A stretch of 64,000 nt of DNA from Candidatus Fermentibacteraceae bacterium (GTDB lineage Bacteria; Fermentibacterota; Fermentibacteria; Fermentibacterales; JCC-6). Within the stretch, counting starts at the first letter, position 1; every line of letters begins with the position of its first letter. Where the stretch lies: assembly GCA_041750285.1 (NCBI GenBank), contig JBGSZS010000018.1:231745-295744 (forward strand), in the 5' to 3' direction. Made by a program: the position numbers and the translations under genes. This document shows positions 50,188 through 59,715 of this stretch, in pieces. Below the pieces are notes generated by a model. It had not been told where the DNA came from and made no database searches. It was given only the letters and a program-made list of their open reading frames with translations.

Positions 50188-51170
50188 CTCACGCCCCCCG
50201 TTCCGAGACCGTAGTGGGTAAGCGCTCCGGCGTCGCCGTCCACGATGGTCAGGTCTATCTGCGCGAGGACGGATTCGAGGGTTTCGAGGTGGAGCCGGAT
50301 TGCGGTGGTCTGCGGGTTCTTGCGGTACTCTTCGGCAACGGCAATGAACCTGTCTGCGTCGCCGAGAGCCCTGTTGATCCTCACGGCGGCATAGCCCATG
50401 GCTTCGTTGACCATCGTCACCGAATCGGCCCTGGCTTCGGGTATAACCTGGTTCCGGTAGGATTCGGCCTCGTTCAGGTAGGCCTGCATGTCCTCCCTGG
50501 CGGTGGCCACGTCCTTGAATGCGAAGAAGACCTGGTCGGGAGGTTGAACGTCCTTGAGCTGCACCGCCACGATGTTCACACCCATGCCGTAAAGGTCGGC
50601 CAGGGACTGAACCTGCGCCTGGATGCGGATCTGGAGGTCGAGCTTGCCGGTGGTTAGCACCGCGTCGATTGCGTTGTCGCCTATCACCTGCCTGATGCTG
50701 GCCTCGGTGATGTCACGCAGCGTGGCCTCGGGACCCCTTACGTTGAAAAGATAGGCCCTTGCGTCGGTGATGCGGTACTGAACGATGGCCGAGACGTTTA
50801 TGATGTTCTCGTCGCCGGTGAGCATCTGGGCTTCGGAGAGCATCTCGGCGTCGTTGTCGAAGCCCCTGTAACGCTGGGGATCGGTGTTCGGTATGGACCG
50901 GTAGCCGAACTCGATGCGCTGGACCACGTTCACGTCGGGCTTGTAAACGGTCTGGATGGGCCAGGGAAACTTCAGGTGGAAGCCCGGCCCGGTTGTGGCC
51001 GTGAAACGCCCGAACGTGAGGATCACACCCTCCTGCTCAGGGCCCACGATGTAAAAAGGCCCCGCGGTGAGAAGCCAGATCAGCAGAATAACTCCGACGA
51101 TGATCTTCCCTGTGGACTTCGGAAGCATGAACTCCAGTGGGTTTCCCCTCAAAAGAGCACCCCCTTTCAA
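50184..51170 (-). CDS. hflK: Protease modulator HflK (SPFH/band 7)
   Basis: TM helix plus SPFH domain (GPEQEGVILTFGRF...). A TTG start overlaps the upstream stop (TTGA); an internal ATG (MLPKSTGK) with GGAG is the alternative. Confidence 0.8.
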   Translation of the reverse strand: MKGGALLRGNPLEFMLPKSTGKIIVGVILLIWLLTAGPFYIVGPEQEGVILTFGRFTATTGPGFHLKFPWPIQTVYKPDVNVVQRIEFGYRSIPNTDPQRYRGFDNDAEMLSEAQMLTGDENIINVSAIVQYRITDARAYLFNVRGPEATLRDITEASIRQVIGDNAIDAVLTTGKLDLQIRIQAQVQSLADLYGMGVNIVAVQLKDVQPPDQVFFAFKDVATAREDMQAYLNEAESYRNQVIPEARADSVTMVNEAMGYAAVRINRALGDADRFIAVAEEYRKNPQTTAIRLHLETLESVLAQIDLTIVDGDAGALTHYGLGTGGVR

Positions 51171-52504
51171 TCCTGTTCGTCGCCGGGGGATCCAAGTTTC
51201 CGCTGAAGGGTACGCCTTCCCATGCCCAGCAGCATGGCGGCCTGGGTGCGGTTGCCCCCGGTGATCGCGAGTGTACGCTCAACAAGCATGTCTTCAGCTT
51301 CCTGAATGGTCACGGGAAGCTCCAGCACGAGCCGGTCGGTTCCCTCGCCCGAAGCAGGAGTGATCTCGGGCGGCAGGTCGGCCAGCGTTATCCTTTCCCG
51401 GCACATGATGAGAAGGCTTTCCATCATGTTCTTGAGCTGTCTGACGTTGCCCGGCCATGAGTAGGCCTTGAGTGATTCCATGACCTCGGGGGCGATCTCC
51501 GGCATTGGAAGGTCATGCCTGTCCGATGCCTGACGGAGAAGTGTAAGGGCAAGCAGGGGAATATCGGGCCGCCGCCTGCGAAGGGGAGGAAGGTGTATCT
51601 CCACCACCTTCAGACGGTAGTACAGGTCCTCGCGGAACGTGCCGGCCCTGACCATCGCCATCAGGTCCCTGTTGGTGGCGGCAATGAGCCTAACATCAAC
51701 GGGTGTGGTTCGATTGCCGCCGAGCCTCGTTATCCGCTCCTCCTCAAGCACCCGCAGAAGCTTTACCTGCACCGGAAGGGGAATTTCACCGATCTCATCG
51801 AGCATCAGTGTTCCGCCGTCGGCTGCTTCGAACTTCCCGGCGCGGGGGCTGTCCGCCCCGGTGAAGGCGCCGCGGTCGTGCCCGAAGAGCTCGTCCTCGA
51901 GAAGGGTCTCGGGGATGGCCGAACAGTTCATGACGAGGTACTCGCCCTTCCTGCCGCTCTGGTTGTGGATCCTGCGGGCGAGTATGTCCTTTCCCGTGCC
52001 GCTTTCACCGGTGATGAGAACCGTTGCCTTTATGGGGGCCACCCGCTTCACCATCTGAAGAACGTCTCCCATGGCCCGGCTTCGGTGGAGGATCTCGGAT
52101 GGCTCTTCCGCTCTCGCGGGTCTCGCCGCGGCGGTTCGGGAAAAGAGGCTGCGGGAAGAGCGGGAGAAGGCCAGTTGAACGGCCTGCCTCCAGCCTTCGC
52201 GGGACTCGGGATCGAGAAGGATGTCGACAACGCCGGCCTTCATCCAGGCCACCGCCTCCTGGGCGCTTATCATCCTGCCGTAGATTATCACGCTGGCGTC
52301 GGTGTTGGCCCTTGAAAGTGTGTCGAGGAACGTTGACATGAGAAGGTCGTCGGTGCTGCTGCTGACCGCCAGAACGTTGACCGAACGTGAGCGGACCCTT
52401 CTCAGGGCACCCCGGGCGGTCCTCTCCTCGGTCGTGGTGCACCCGAGTTCGGAAACCAACGCCCTGAGCCTGGCGACCCGGTCCTTGTCGGGGTCGACGA
52501 ACAT
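51167..52504 (-). CDS. Sigma-54-dependent transcriptional activator (bEBP) with an atypical, possibly non-phosphorylatable receiver-like N-domain
   Basis: The internal start MFVDPDKD gives 445 aa. AAA+ sigma-54 interaction domain (VLITGESGTGKDILAR, GAFTGA, ELFGH) and a C-terminal HTH (NRTQAAMLLGMGRRTLQRKL). The N-terminal domain shows Ser at the expected phospho-Asp position (VLAVSSS). The upstream 1 kb of the track ORF is rejected. Confidence 0.75.
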   Translation of the reverse strand: MFVDPDKDRVARLRALVSELGCTTTEERTARGALRRVRSRSVNVLAVSSSTDDLLMSTFLDTLSRANTDASVIIYGRMISAQEAVAWMKAGVVDILLDPESREGWRQAVQLAFSRSSRSLFSRTAAARPARAEEPSEILHRSRAMGDVLQMVKRVAPIKATVLITGESGTGKDILARRIHNQSGRKGEYLVMNCSAIPETLLEDELFGHDRGAFTGADSPRAGKFEAADGGTLMLDEIGEIPLPVQVKLLRVLEEERITRLGGNRTTPVDVRLIAATNRDLMAMVRAGTFREDLYYRLKVVEIHLPPLRRRRPDIPLLALTLLRQASDRHDLPMPEIAPEVMESLKAYSWPGNVRQLKNMMESLLIMCRERITLADLPPEITPASGEGTDRLVLELPVTIQEAEDMLVERTLAITGGNRTQAAMLLGMGRRTLQRKLGSPGDEQD

Positions 52505-52530
52505 TACGGTTCCACGGCCAAGGCTTGTCG

Positions 52531-54246
52531 TCAAACCCGGCTCCTTTCCCTGGCCCTTTCCTTCATGACAAGAAACGGAGGCATCACCAGGGCGTCGATG
52601 CCTGTGCCGTAGAAACACCTGAGGGCGTCTGCCGGCGTGTTGACGATGGGCTCTCCCCTGACGTTGAAGGAGGTGTTCATGAGCACCGGAACCCCGGTGA
52701 GTTTCTCGAACTCCCTCATCACGTCGTAGTAGAAGGGGTTCACATCCCGCGACACTGTCTGGACACGGCCCGTCATGTCGACGTGGGTTACGGCGGGGAT
52801 GACCTTCTCCATGCCCGGTACGACCGGGTATGTCTTGATCATGTAGGGACTCTCCGAGCAGCCCTGGAAATAGGTGGGCGCGTCCTCCACCGGGCAGACC
52901 GGAGCGAACGGTCTGAACCCCTCGCGAAGCTTGATGATCTCGTTGACTATGTCCTTCATCTCCGGACGTCTGGGGTCGGCCAGAATGGATCGGTTGCCAA
53001 GCGCCCGGGGGCCGAACTCCATCCTGCCCTGGTAAAGCCCGACCACGAAGCCCCTCTCCACAAGGGAGGCGGTGAGCGCCTCGAGGTTTTCCGGGCGTGA
53101 GTAACCGACCCGGGAACCCACCAGCGCGGATTCGACCTGCTCTGCCGTATGGCCGGGGCCAAGGAACATATGTTCCGGGGGGGTGAGGGGAACGCCGCCG
53201 TACACTTCCATGTGCACCGCCACAGCTGCACCGACACTCGTGCCGGCATCGTGCGAGGCGGGGAACGGGTGAACCTGCCGGAAACCGGCTTCCCTTTCGA
53301 TGACGCCGTTCATCACACAGTTGAGTGCAGTGCCGCCCGCCATGGCCAGTATATCGGTCCGGGAGAGCCCGCGAAGGTGTTTCGCCATGGCCAGCCCCGC
53401 TTCCTCCAAAACCTTCTGGGCCGATGAGGCTATGTTCTCGTGCCGTGAGTCGAGGGGTTCTCCGGACTTGCGCGGCCCGCCTATGATGTTCAGTACTTCC
53501 CTGGAGAAAACCGAATGATGAACCCCGCGGCAAATGTCGAGAAGCCCGTGGTCTATGCGTACCGAATCCCTGCGCGATATGAGGATGCGGCGGAAAAGGT
53601 CTGCATACACGGGTTTTCCGTAGCTGGCCAGACCCATTACCTTGTACTCGTCGCTGTCGGGCTTGAAGCCCAGAAAGGTCGTGACCGCGCTGTAGAAAAG
53701 CCCTGTGGAGTGGGGAAGCCTTGTCGCGGAAAACCTGCGGAGGCGCCCCGCAACGATCTCACCCAGCATGCCCGAGTGGATCTCGCCGGCGCCGTCGAGC
53801 GTGAGTACCGCGGCGTCGCGGCAACCCGCTCCGAACCATGCCGACCAGGCGTGGGCGTCGTGGTGTTCGATGAAGTGAAAGGAGGGATTCGCATCGGGGC
53901 CGAATGTTTCACGGTAAACCCGGGGAACGCCGGCCATGCGTCTGGCCCCGCCGACCTGCCCCGCGAAGAAACCCATTGCGCCCGGTTTGCCCAGGTACCG
54001 TGGAAGCATGCGGAAGGCTTCGCCAAGAACCATGGATGGCTTCATGTAATAGGCCACGTGAGCAATGTCGCGGGGTTTGAGACCCGCTTCGGAAATCAGA
54101 TGGGCAATGGTTCTCGACGGGAATGAAGAATCATGCTTCCTGCGGGTGAAGCGTTCCTCTTCAGCAGCGCCCGCGAGCCTTCCGTCGAGCAGGAGGCATG
54201 CCGCCGAATCGTGTTTGTGGCAGTTGATCCCGAGAATGGCTTTCAT
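52531..54246 (-). CDS. Carbamoyltransferase (NodU/CmcH/TobZ family)
   Basis: Internal start MKAILGINCHKHDSAACLL (carbamoyltransferase N-domain) and a C-terminal YrdC-like / Kae1-like region. ATGA overlap with the GT2. Confidence 0.75.
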   Translation of the reverse strand: MKAILGINCHKHDSAACLLLDGRLAGAAEEERFTRRKHDSSFPSRTIAHLISEAGLKPRDIAHVAYYMKPSMVLGEAFRMLPRYLGKPGAMGFFAGQVGGARRMAGVPRVYRETFGPDANPSFHFIEHHDAHAWSAWFGAGCRDAAVLTLDGAGEIHSGMLGEIVAGRLRRFSATRLPHSTGLFYSAVTTFLGFKPDSDEYKVMGLASYGKPVYADLFRRILISRRDSVRIDHGLLDICRGVHHSVFSREVLNIIGGPRKSGEPLDSRHENIASSAQKVLEEAGLAMAKHLRGLSRTDILAMAGGTALNCVMNGVIEREAGFRQVHPFPASHDAGTSVGAAVAVHMEVYGGVPLTPPEHMFLGPGHTAEQVESALVGSRVGYSRPENLEALTASLVERGFVVGLYQGRMEFGPRALGNRSILADPRRPEMKDIVNEIIKLREGFRPFAPVCPVEDAPTYFQGCSESPYMIKTYPVVPGMEKVIPAVTHVDMTGRVQTVSRDVNPFYYDVMREFEKLTGVPVLMNTSFNVRGEPIVNTPADALRCFYGTGIDALVMPPFLVMKERARERSRV

Positions 54247-55166
54247 GCGTTGTTCCGTTCCGTATTGCCGAACAGGAGCTTCAGGGCTTTTGTGCAGTAT
54301 GCCGCCCTGAACCTTCCATCCCTTCTTCGAAGGGCGGGGTTGAGTGATCCGGCAGCCATGCGCCCCAGCATGAGCAACGCCATCCACACCCGGAATGCCG
54401 CCCGGGAGCCGGCGCCGGCATGCTTGGACAGAAACCTGATCTTCGCTGGAATATACCGCAGGTACACATTCTCACCAAACTTGCGTTTCGCGGAAGCTCC
54501 CTCCAGATGCACCACCTGTGAGGAAGGGATGAACCAGGTTTCCCAGCCCGCCTTGAGCAGGCGGTACTGAAGGTCGGTTTCCTCGTGGTAGAAGAAGAAA
54601 TCCTCGTCGAACCCCCCCACAGCCCTGAGGGCATCGGTCCTCACCGCCATCACCGCTCCGACGAGCCAGTCGCACCTCATTTCCGTGTCATGTGCGTTGT
54701 GCCTGTATGAACGGTGGCGAAGAAGCGGCAGGTGCTCGATGATCACCTTTCCGGGGAAGGGGAAGTCACGCATGGACTGCTGGAGGCTTCCGTCGGGCCA
54801 GAGCAGCCTGGGCCCGGCAAGGCCGGCCCGGGGATGTCTGAGCAGTCCATCGACAAGGCTTGCGATGCTGCCCTCACGGAACAGCGTATCGGAATTGGCA
54901 ATGACCGTGACATCGGTGTCAACGCCACGCATGGCTTCGTTCACGCCTGCTGCGAAACCAAGGTTCACCGGGCTTCTGACCAGTCTGAAGCCCGGGTTCC
55001 GCCCCATCAGCTCCAGCGCGTCACGATCCGATCCGTCCTCGGATCCGTTGTCGAACACGAGCAGCTTCCCCCCGGACGCTGCAACCTGTTCAAGGACCGA
55101 TCCCAGCATTCCCGGCAGTATTTCCCTGCCGTTCCAGTTCAGCACCAGGAGGGTGTATCCGTGCAT
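54243..55166 (-). CDS. Glycosyltransferase family 2
   Basis: GT-A fold with LLVLNWNGREIL and DxD region (VFDNGSED). Start overlaps the M23 stop. Confidence 0.75.
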   Translation of the reverse strand: MHGYTLLVLNWNGREILPGMLGSVLEQVAASGGKLLVFDNGSEDGSDRDALELMGRNPGFRLVRSPVNLGFAAGVNEAMRGVDTDVTVIANSDTLFREGSIASLVDGLLRHPRAGLAGPRLLWPDGSLQQSMRDFPFPGKVIIEHLPLLRHRSYRHNAHDTEMRCDWLVGAVMAVRTDALRAVGGFDEDFFFYHEETDLQYRLLKAGWETWFIPSSQVVHLEGASAKRKFGENVYLRYIPAKIRFLSKHAGAGSRAAFRVWMALLMLGRMAAGSLNPALRRRDGRFRAAYCTKALKLLFGNTERNNA

Positions 55167-56269
55167 CACACCCCCCTGAGAAGTGTATCGAGGCTGTCCC
55201 TGACGGCCTGGAAACGGACCAGCTCGTCTCCCTCCAGCGCCCGGCGCCTGCTGCCGAGATAGATGTAGGGATCGACGGGGTTGTCGTTCGGGTCGTTTAT
55301 CTGGTAGTGCAGATGGCTGGCGTAGGATCTGCCCGTGTTGCCGACTGTTCCTATCTGGGCGCCCTGCTCGACGGTCCTTCCCGGAGAGACCCCTGCCGAG
55401 ATCTCATCAAGATGAAGGAACACCTCCCTGTAGCCGCAGAAGTCTATCTCCACGCATCTACCGTTGTAGTCGGCGTTCCAGTCCACCCTGTTCACCCGCC
55501 CGCCGAGGGTTGTCCTTACCGGAACGCCTGTGGGCGCCTTGAAGTCAACCCCGTGGTGCGTTCCCGAACCCCGGATCTCTCCGAAAATGCCCGTGACCTC
55601 CTCGAAGGTCGAAAGTGGCATGCGGTTGAGAAGCCTCACCACCTCGGTTCCGTTGGCGTACCAGATGCTCGGGAAGTTGTCGCCGGTCTTGTGAAAGACA
55701 TAGACACTGAAGCCGCTGTTCGTTGAACCCGCCAATGGGATGTACCGCAGGGCCGCAACAGTGTTCTCCCTGGAGCCGGGCCGGGTGGAGTAGAGGATCC
55801 TGAGCGAATCACCTGCAATCAGGCCTGTCCAGGGGTTTATGTCCCACCAGAGGTATCTCACGCAATGCGCTCCAAGGACGTCGGGAGCAACCCCGGTGGC
55901 GCCCTGAAGGCTTCCGTACAGGGAACCCCTTATCTCGACGGCCAGAAGGTTCAGATCCGCCGGCAGCACGGGAAGCGTTTCCGGAAGGGAATCGGTAATG
56001 GCGGAATCGGGAGGGAGACCTGTGGAATCCGCCAAAATCGATGATGTGGTGTCAGAGGCGAGCAAGTCCGGGAGAAGCATGGCTGTGGAATCCGTTATCT
56101 GGTGAAAAATGGGCTCGTGGACCTGGGGGTCGTCGGGGATTCCCACATAGTCACCGGCCCGCAGAACAAGCACATCATCCCCTTCGGGCGGGGATACGCA
56201 GCCGGAGAAGATGACCGTCGTCAATAATACGCACAGAAGTCCGGTGGTAAATGCGGGAGAGGATGTCAT
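55166..56269 (-). CDS. M23 family metallopeptidase lipoprotein
   Basis: Internal start MTSSPAFTTGLLCVLLTTVIFSGC (lipobox). Active M23 motifs HHGVD and SHLHYQI. Confidence 0.7.
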   Translation of the reverse strand: MTSSPAFTTGLLCVLLTTVIFSGCVSPPEGDDVLVLRAGDYVGIPDDPQVHEPIFHQITDSTAMLLPDLLASDTTSSILADSTGLPPDSAITDSLPETLPVLPADLNLLAVEIRGSLYGSLQGATGVAPDVLGAHCVRYLWWDINPWTGLIAGDSLRILYSTRPGSRENTVAALRYIPLAGSTNSGFSVYVFHKTGDNFPSIWYANGTEVVRLLNRMPLSTFEEVTGIFGEIRGSGTHHGVDFKAPTGVPVRTTLGGRVNRVDWNADYNGRCVEIDFCGYREVFLHLDEISAGVSPGRTVEQGAQIGTVGNTGRSYASHLHYQINDPNDNPVDPYIYLGSRRRALEGDELVRFQAVRDSLDTLLRGV

Positions 56270-56308
56270 AATATTGACTGTCCCTTCGGTTGCGTGTATC
56301 GTTGAAAT

Positions 56309-57673
56309 ATGAACGAGGAATCCACCAACCGGTACAGGGTTCTGGTGGTCGACGACGATCACCAGGTTCTCGACCTTGTCAGCGAGGTCCTTCGGATGGC
56401 GGGTTTCCAGAGCGCTTCCGCCATGAACGCAAGGCAGGCGCTTGCAAACCTTCGCCGCGAGCAGTTCCATCTCCTCATAACCGACGTACGCCTTCCCGAC
56501 TCAAGCGGAATCGACCTGCTCCGGATCGTACGTGACAAGTATCCCAATCTCCCCGCGATCGTGGTGACCGGCTACGCCTCCATAGATGGAACGAAGGAGG
56601 CACTGAACCTCGGGGCAGTCGACTACATTCCCAAACCATTCACGCCATCGCAGTTGCTGAGCGCAGTCGAAAGAGCCATTGCCTCATCCGGCGGCCAGGG
56701 GGGCTCAACTGCGGGCAAGGGCTTGGTCAGCCACAGCCGGAAGATGAAAAGTGTGCTCGATCTGGTCCGCCAGGTTGCGGATACGGGCAGCACCGTACTG
56801 ATCACAGGAGAGAGCGGCACGGGCAAGGAACTGGTCGCAAGGCTTCTTCACCGCCAGAGCAGAAGGGCGGCAATGCCGTTTGTCAGCGTGAACTCGGGAG
56901 GCATACCCGAAGGGCTTCTGGAGAGCGAGCTGTTCGGTCACATCAAGGGTTCCTACACCGGCGCCCATTCGACAACCATCGGCAGGTTTCAGGCCGCCGA
57001 GGGGGGAACACTGTTCCTCGACGAAGTGGGAAACATGAGCATGGCCATGCAGGTCAAGCTTCTTCGAACGCTTCAGGAACGTGAGATCACTCCGGTCGGG
57101 GCCAACAACTCGGTCAACATCGATGTCAGGCTCGTAGCGGCAACCAACTCCGATCTCGAAGCCGGAGTGAGGGCCGGAAGTTTCAGGGAAGACCTGTACT
57201 TCAGGATCAACGTCATCGACATCCACATTCCTCCCCTGCGGGAGAGGCGGGAAGACATCATCCCCCTGGCCGAGCACTTCCTTGCTGCCCATTCGGCAGG
57301 CAGGGACATCGATCTCTTCCTCTCACCGCAGACTGCGGCCCTTCTCACCACATACGCCTGGCCCGGAAACGTCAGGGAGTTGGAAAACGCCATGGAAAGG
57401 GCATCGGTGCTGTCTCCGGGCGAGATACTGCCCTCACATCTGCCCTCCAGGCTGGCTGCGGAGTTTCCGGGGGAGATATCCCTTCCGTCTGAAGGCGGCG
57501 GGCTGGACGAAATTGTCGCTGCGGTTGAACGGGTCTATATTCTCAACGCGCTCAGGAATTGTGGAGGGGTCAGATCCAGGGCAGCCAGACTGCTTGGCAT
57601 CAAAAGGACCACGCTTCTGGCCAGGATGCGCAGGCTTGGGCTCGAGCACGAGCTGGAAAGGGCGCCGGAATGA
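56309..57673 (+). CDS. Sigma-54-dependent response regulator (NtrC family)
   Basis: REC domain (VLVVDDD...LLITDVRLPD), AAA+ (VLITGESGTGKELVAR, GAHSTTIG, ELFGH) and an HTH. Confidence 0.85.
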   Translation: MNEESTNRYRVLVVDDDHQVLDLVSEVLRMAGFQSASAMNARQALANLRREQFHLLITDVRLPDSSGIDLLRIVRDKYPNLPAIVVTGYASIDGTKEALNLGAVDYIPKPFTPSQLLSAVERAIASSGGQGGSTAGKGLVSHSRKMKSVLDLVRQVADTGSTVLITGESGTGKELVARLLHRQSRRAAMPFVSVNSGGIPEGLLESELFGHIKGSYTGAHSTTIGRFQAAEGGTLFLDEVGNMSMAMQVKLLRTLQEREITPVGANNSVNIDVRLVAATNSDLEAGVRAGSFREDLYFRINVIDIHIPPLRERREDIIPLAEHFLAAHSAGRDIDLFLSPQTAALLTTYAWPGNVRELENAMERASVLSPGEILPSHLPSRLAAEFPGEISLPSEGGGLDEIVAAVERVYILNALRNCGGVRSRAARLLGIKRTTLLARMRRLGLEHELERAPE

Positions 57674-59658
57674 GCCCCAATAGGACGCGTGTACTTGTCA
57701 TCGACGACGACCCCCAGATCCTTGATGTGTGCCGTGAAGGGCTTCTTGCCGGCGGCTACGAGGTTACCACCGCAGCCACAGGCTCCGCAGCTCAGGCTGC
57801 CCTGTCCAAAACGGCGTTCTCACTGGTTCTTTGCGACGTTCTCCTGCCGGACACCAACGGGCTTGAACTGCTTGAGTACATGACGTCCCGTTTCCCCGAC
57901 ACTTTTGTGATAATAACGACCGGTCACGCTTCGATCGATCTTGCGAAAGAGGCGATGCGTCAGGGCGCCTTCGATTTCATCTCGAAGCCATACACAATGG
58001 GAGATCTGCTTGACACGGTCCGGCGTGCCGAGATCTCCCAGAGAAGCCTCTTCAGCGACATCGCCTACAAAGAGCTGAAAATGCTCTACGAACTCACCAC
58101 GGAGACCTGGCTGTCCGATGTCTCCGTAAGCTCCTTCCTCGGCGTATACGCCGCAAAGATCCAGGAGAGCTTCTCCGCCGATGCCGTTCGCATCTATCTT
58201 ACCGAATCCCCCCGGAGCACCAGGCTGAAGCTCATGGCCCAGTCGGGTATGAGCGGCATATCCGACGAGGTCTCGTGGTACTTCCTTGCCGGAAGGACCA
58301 TGCAGGCCGGAGGCGAGGTCATGATCGATCCCGGGGCCGAGAACCCAGATCTGGCGGGGAACAGCTCGGCCTTCATGGGAATCGTAATCCCCGCGGGAGA
58401 CATCCACCTCGGGGTTGTGCTCGCGTCGAGGCAGGGTCACCGCGACAAGTTCAAGACCCGCGACCTCAAGATGCTTGAGCTTTATTCGGCCCAGATGGGC
58501 AACCAGCTCCACAACCTCAGGATGACACAGGATCTCCTTCGAAAGAACAGGGAACTCGAACAGATCAACATCCTCACCCATGAATTCAGCACCGACCTCA
58601 ACCCGGAAAAGGTGGCCCGGCTCGCCGCATCTGGGATCCGGTGCTTCGCCCCCTTCGATGTGCTGGCTCTTTTCATTCCCTGGAGCGACGCCTCCCACTT
58701 CAGCTACATCTCCGCCGATGCGTCTCTCGATCCGGACAGGGTTGTCAAAGCGGTGAGGAAAGAGCTTTCAGCCATGGTTCACGCCGATGACATCGAACGG
58801 TACATGTGCAGGGCCGTATACCATACCTTCACTGCGGGCAGGAAGAAGGAGTTCGACCGCCCCCCCGAGTTCCAGGTGCTGTCCCTTCCCGATTACGGAA
58901 GCATCCAGGGAAACATGCTCATGGGAACGTTCAGCGGTGAACATCGGCTGACCAGCCAGTCCCGCTTCACTCCGATCCTCATCAGAAACGCTCTGGCGGC
59001 CCTGAACAACGCGCTTCTCCACCAGGACAGCAAACGGAACTATCTGCAGACCATTGTCGCAATGGCACAGGCTGTTGACGCGAAAGACCCCTACACCCAC
59101 GACCACTCCAGGAACGTCACGGCCTACACGCTTGCCATTGCTGACGGCATGGGCATTTCGGGCAGGGATCGCGAACTCCTCTGGAGCGCGGCCCTTCTGC
59201 ACGACATCGGCAAGATAGGCATCCCCGAATCAATACTGAACAAACCGGGCCGCCTCTCCGAAGAGGAATTCAGGATCATCAAGTCTCACTCTGAAAAGGG
59301 CTGCCAGATACTGAAACCGGTGACCGCCTTCCAGGGCATTCTGGAAATAGTGAGACACCATCACGAGAGGTTCGACGGCAACGGGTATCCGGACGGTCTC
59401 AGGGAGAAGGCCATTCCCCGCCAGGCCAGGATCCTGACAGTCGCCGACGCCTACGACGCAATGAGCAGCGACAGGGTATACCGCAAGTCACCCGGGGCAG
59501 ACTACGCCATCGACCAGCTCGTTCAGCGCTCAGGAACCCAGTTCGATCCCGAGATAGCCGGCCTGTTCATGAGGATACTCCGAAGCCGCTCACCCGAGGC
59601 GATCCTCGAGAGCTACAACAGGGCAATGGGGGAGGGAATCCCGGTTCCGCCTGCATGA
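57670..59658 (+). CDS. Response regulator with GAF and HD-GYP (c-di-GMP phosphodiesterase) domains
   Basis: Internal start MSPNRTRVLVIDDDPQ (REC) with an ATGA overlap with the NtrC stop. Central GAF-like region. HD-GYP motifs HDIGKIGIP and HHERFDGNGYPDGL. Confidence 0.8.
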   Translation: MSPNRTRVLVIDDDPQILDVCREGLLAGGYEVTTAATGSAAQAALSKTAFSLVLCDVLLPDTNGLELLEYMTSRFPDTFVIITTGHASIDLAKEAMRQGAFDFISKPYTMGDLLDTVRRAEISQRSLFSDIAYKELKMLYELTTETWLSDVSVSSFLGVYAAKIQESFSADAVRIYLTESPRSTRLKLMAQSGMSGISDEVSWYFLAGRTMQAGGEVMIDPGAENPDLAGNSSAFMGIVIPAGDIHLGVVLASRQGHRDKFKTRDLKMLELYSAQMGNQLHNLRMTQDLLRKNRELEQINILTHEFSTDLNPEKVARLAASGIRCFAPFDVLALFIPWSDASHFSYISADASLDPDRVVKAVRKELSAMVHADDIERYMCRAVYHTFTAGRKKEFDRPPEFQVLSLPDYGSIQGNMLMGTFSGEHRLTSQSRFTPILIRNALAALNNALLHQDSKRNYLQTIVAMAQAVDAKDPYTHDHSRNVTAYTLAIADGMGISGRDRELLWSAALLHDIGKIGIPESILNKPGRLSEEEFRIIKSHSEKGCQILKPVTAFQGILEIVRHHHERFDGNGYPDGLREKAIPRQARILTVADAYDAMSSDRVYRKSPGADYAIDQLVQRSGTQFDPEIAGLFMRILRSRSPEAILESYNRAMGEGIPVPPA

Positions 59659-59715
59659 CGGGCAACCCGGACCAGCCCCTCCTTCGAACGAACGATACAG
59701 TGAAGGGAAAAGCAA

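Noticed and set aside
52505-53533. N-terminal 343-aa extension of the sigma-54 activator ORF
   Set aside because: It overlaps the carbamoyltransferase gene on the same strand in another frame. The composition is Arg/Gly/His-rich. The real start is MFVDPDKD at 52504.
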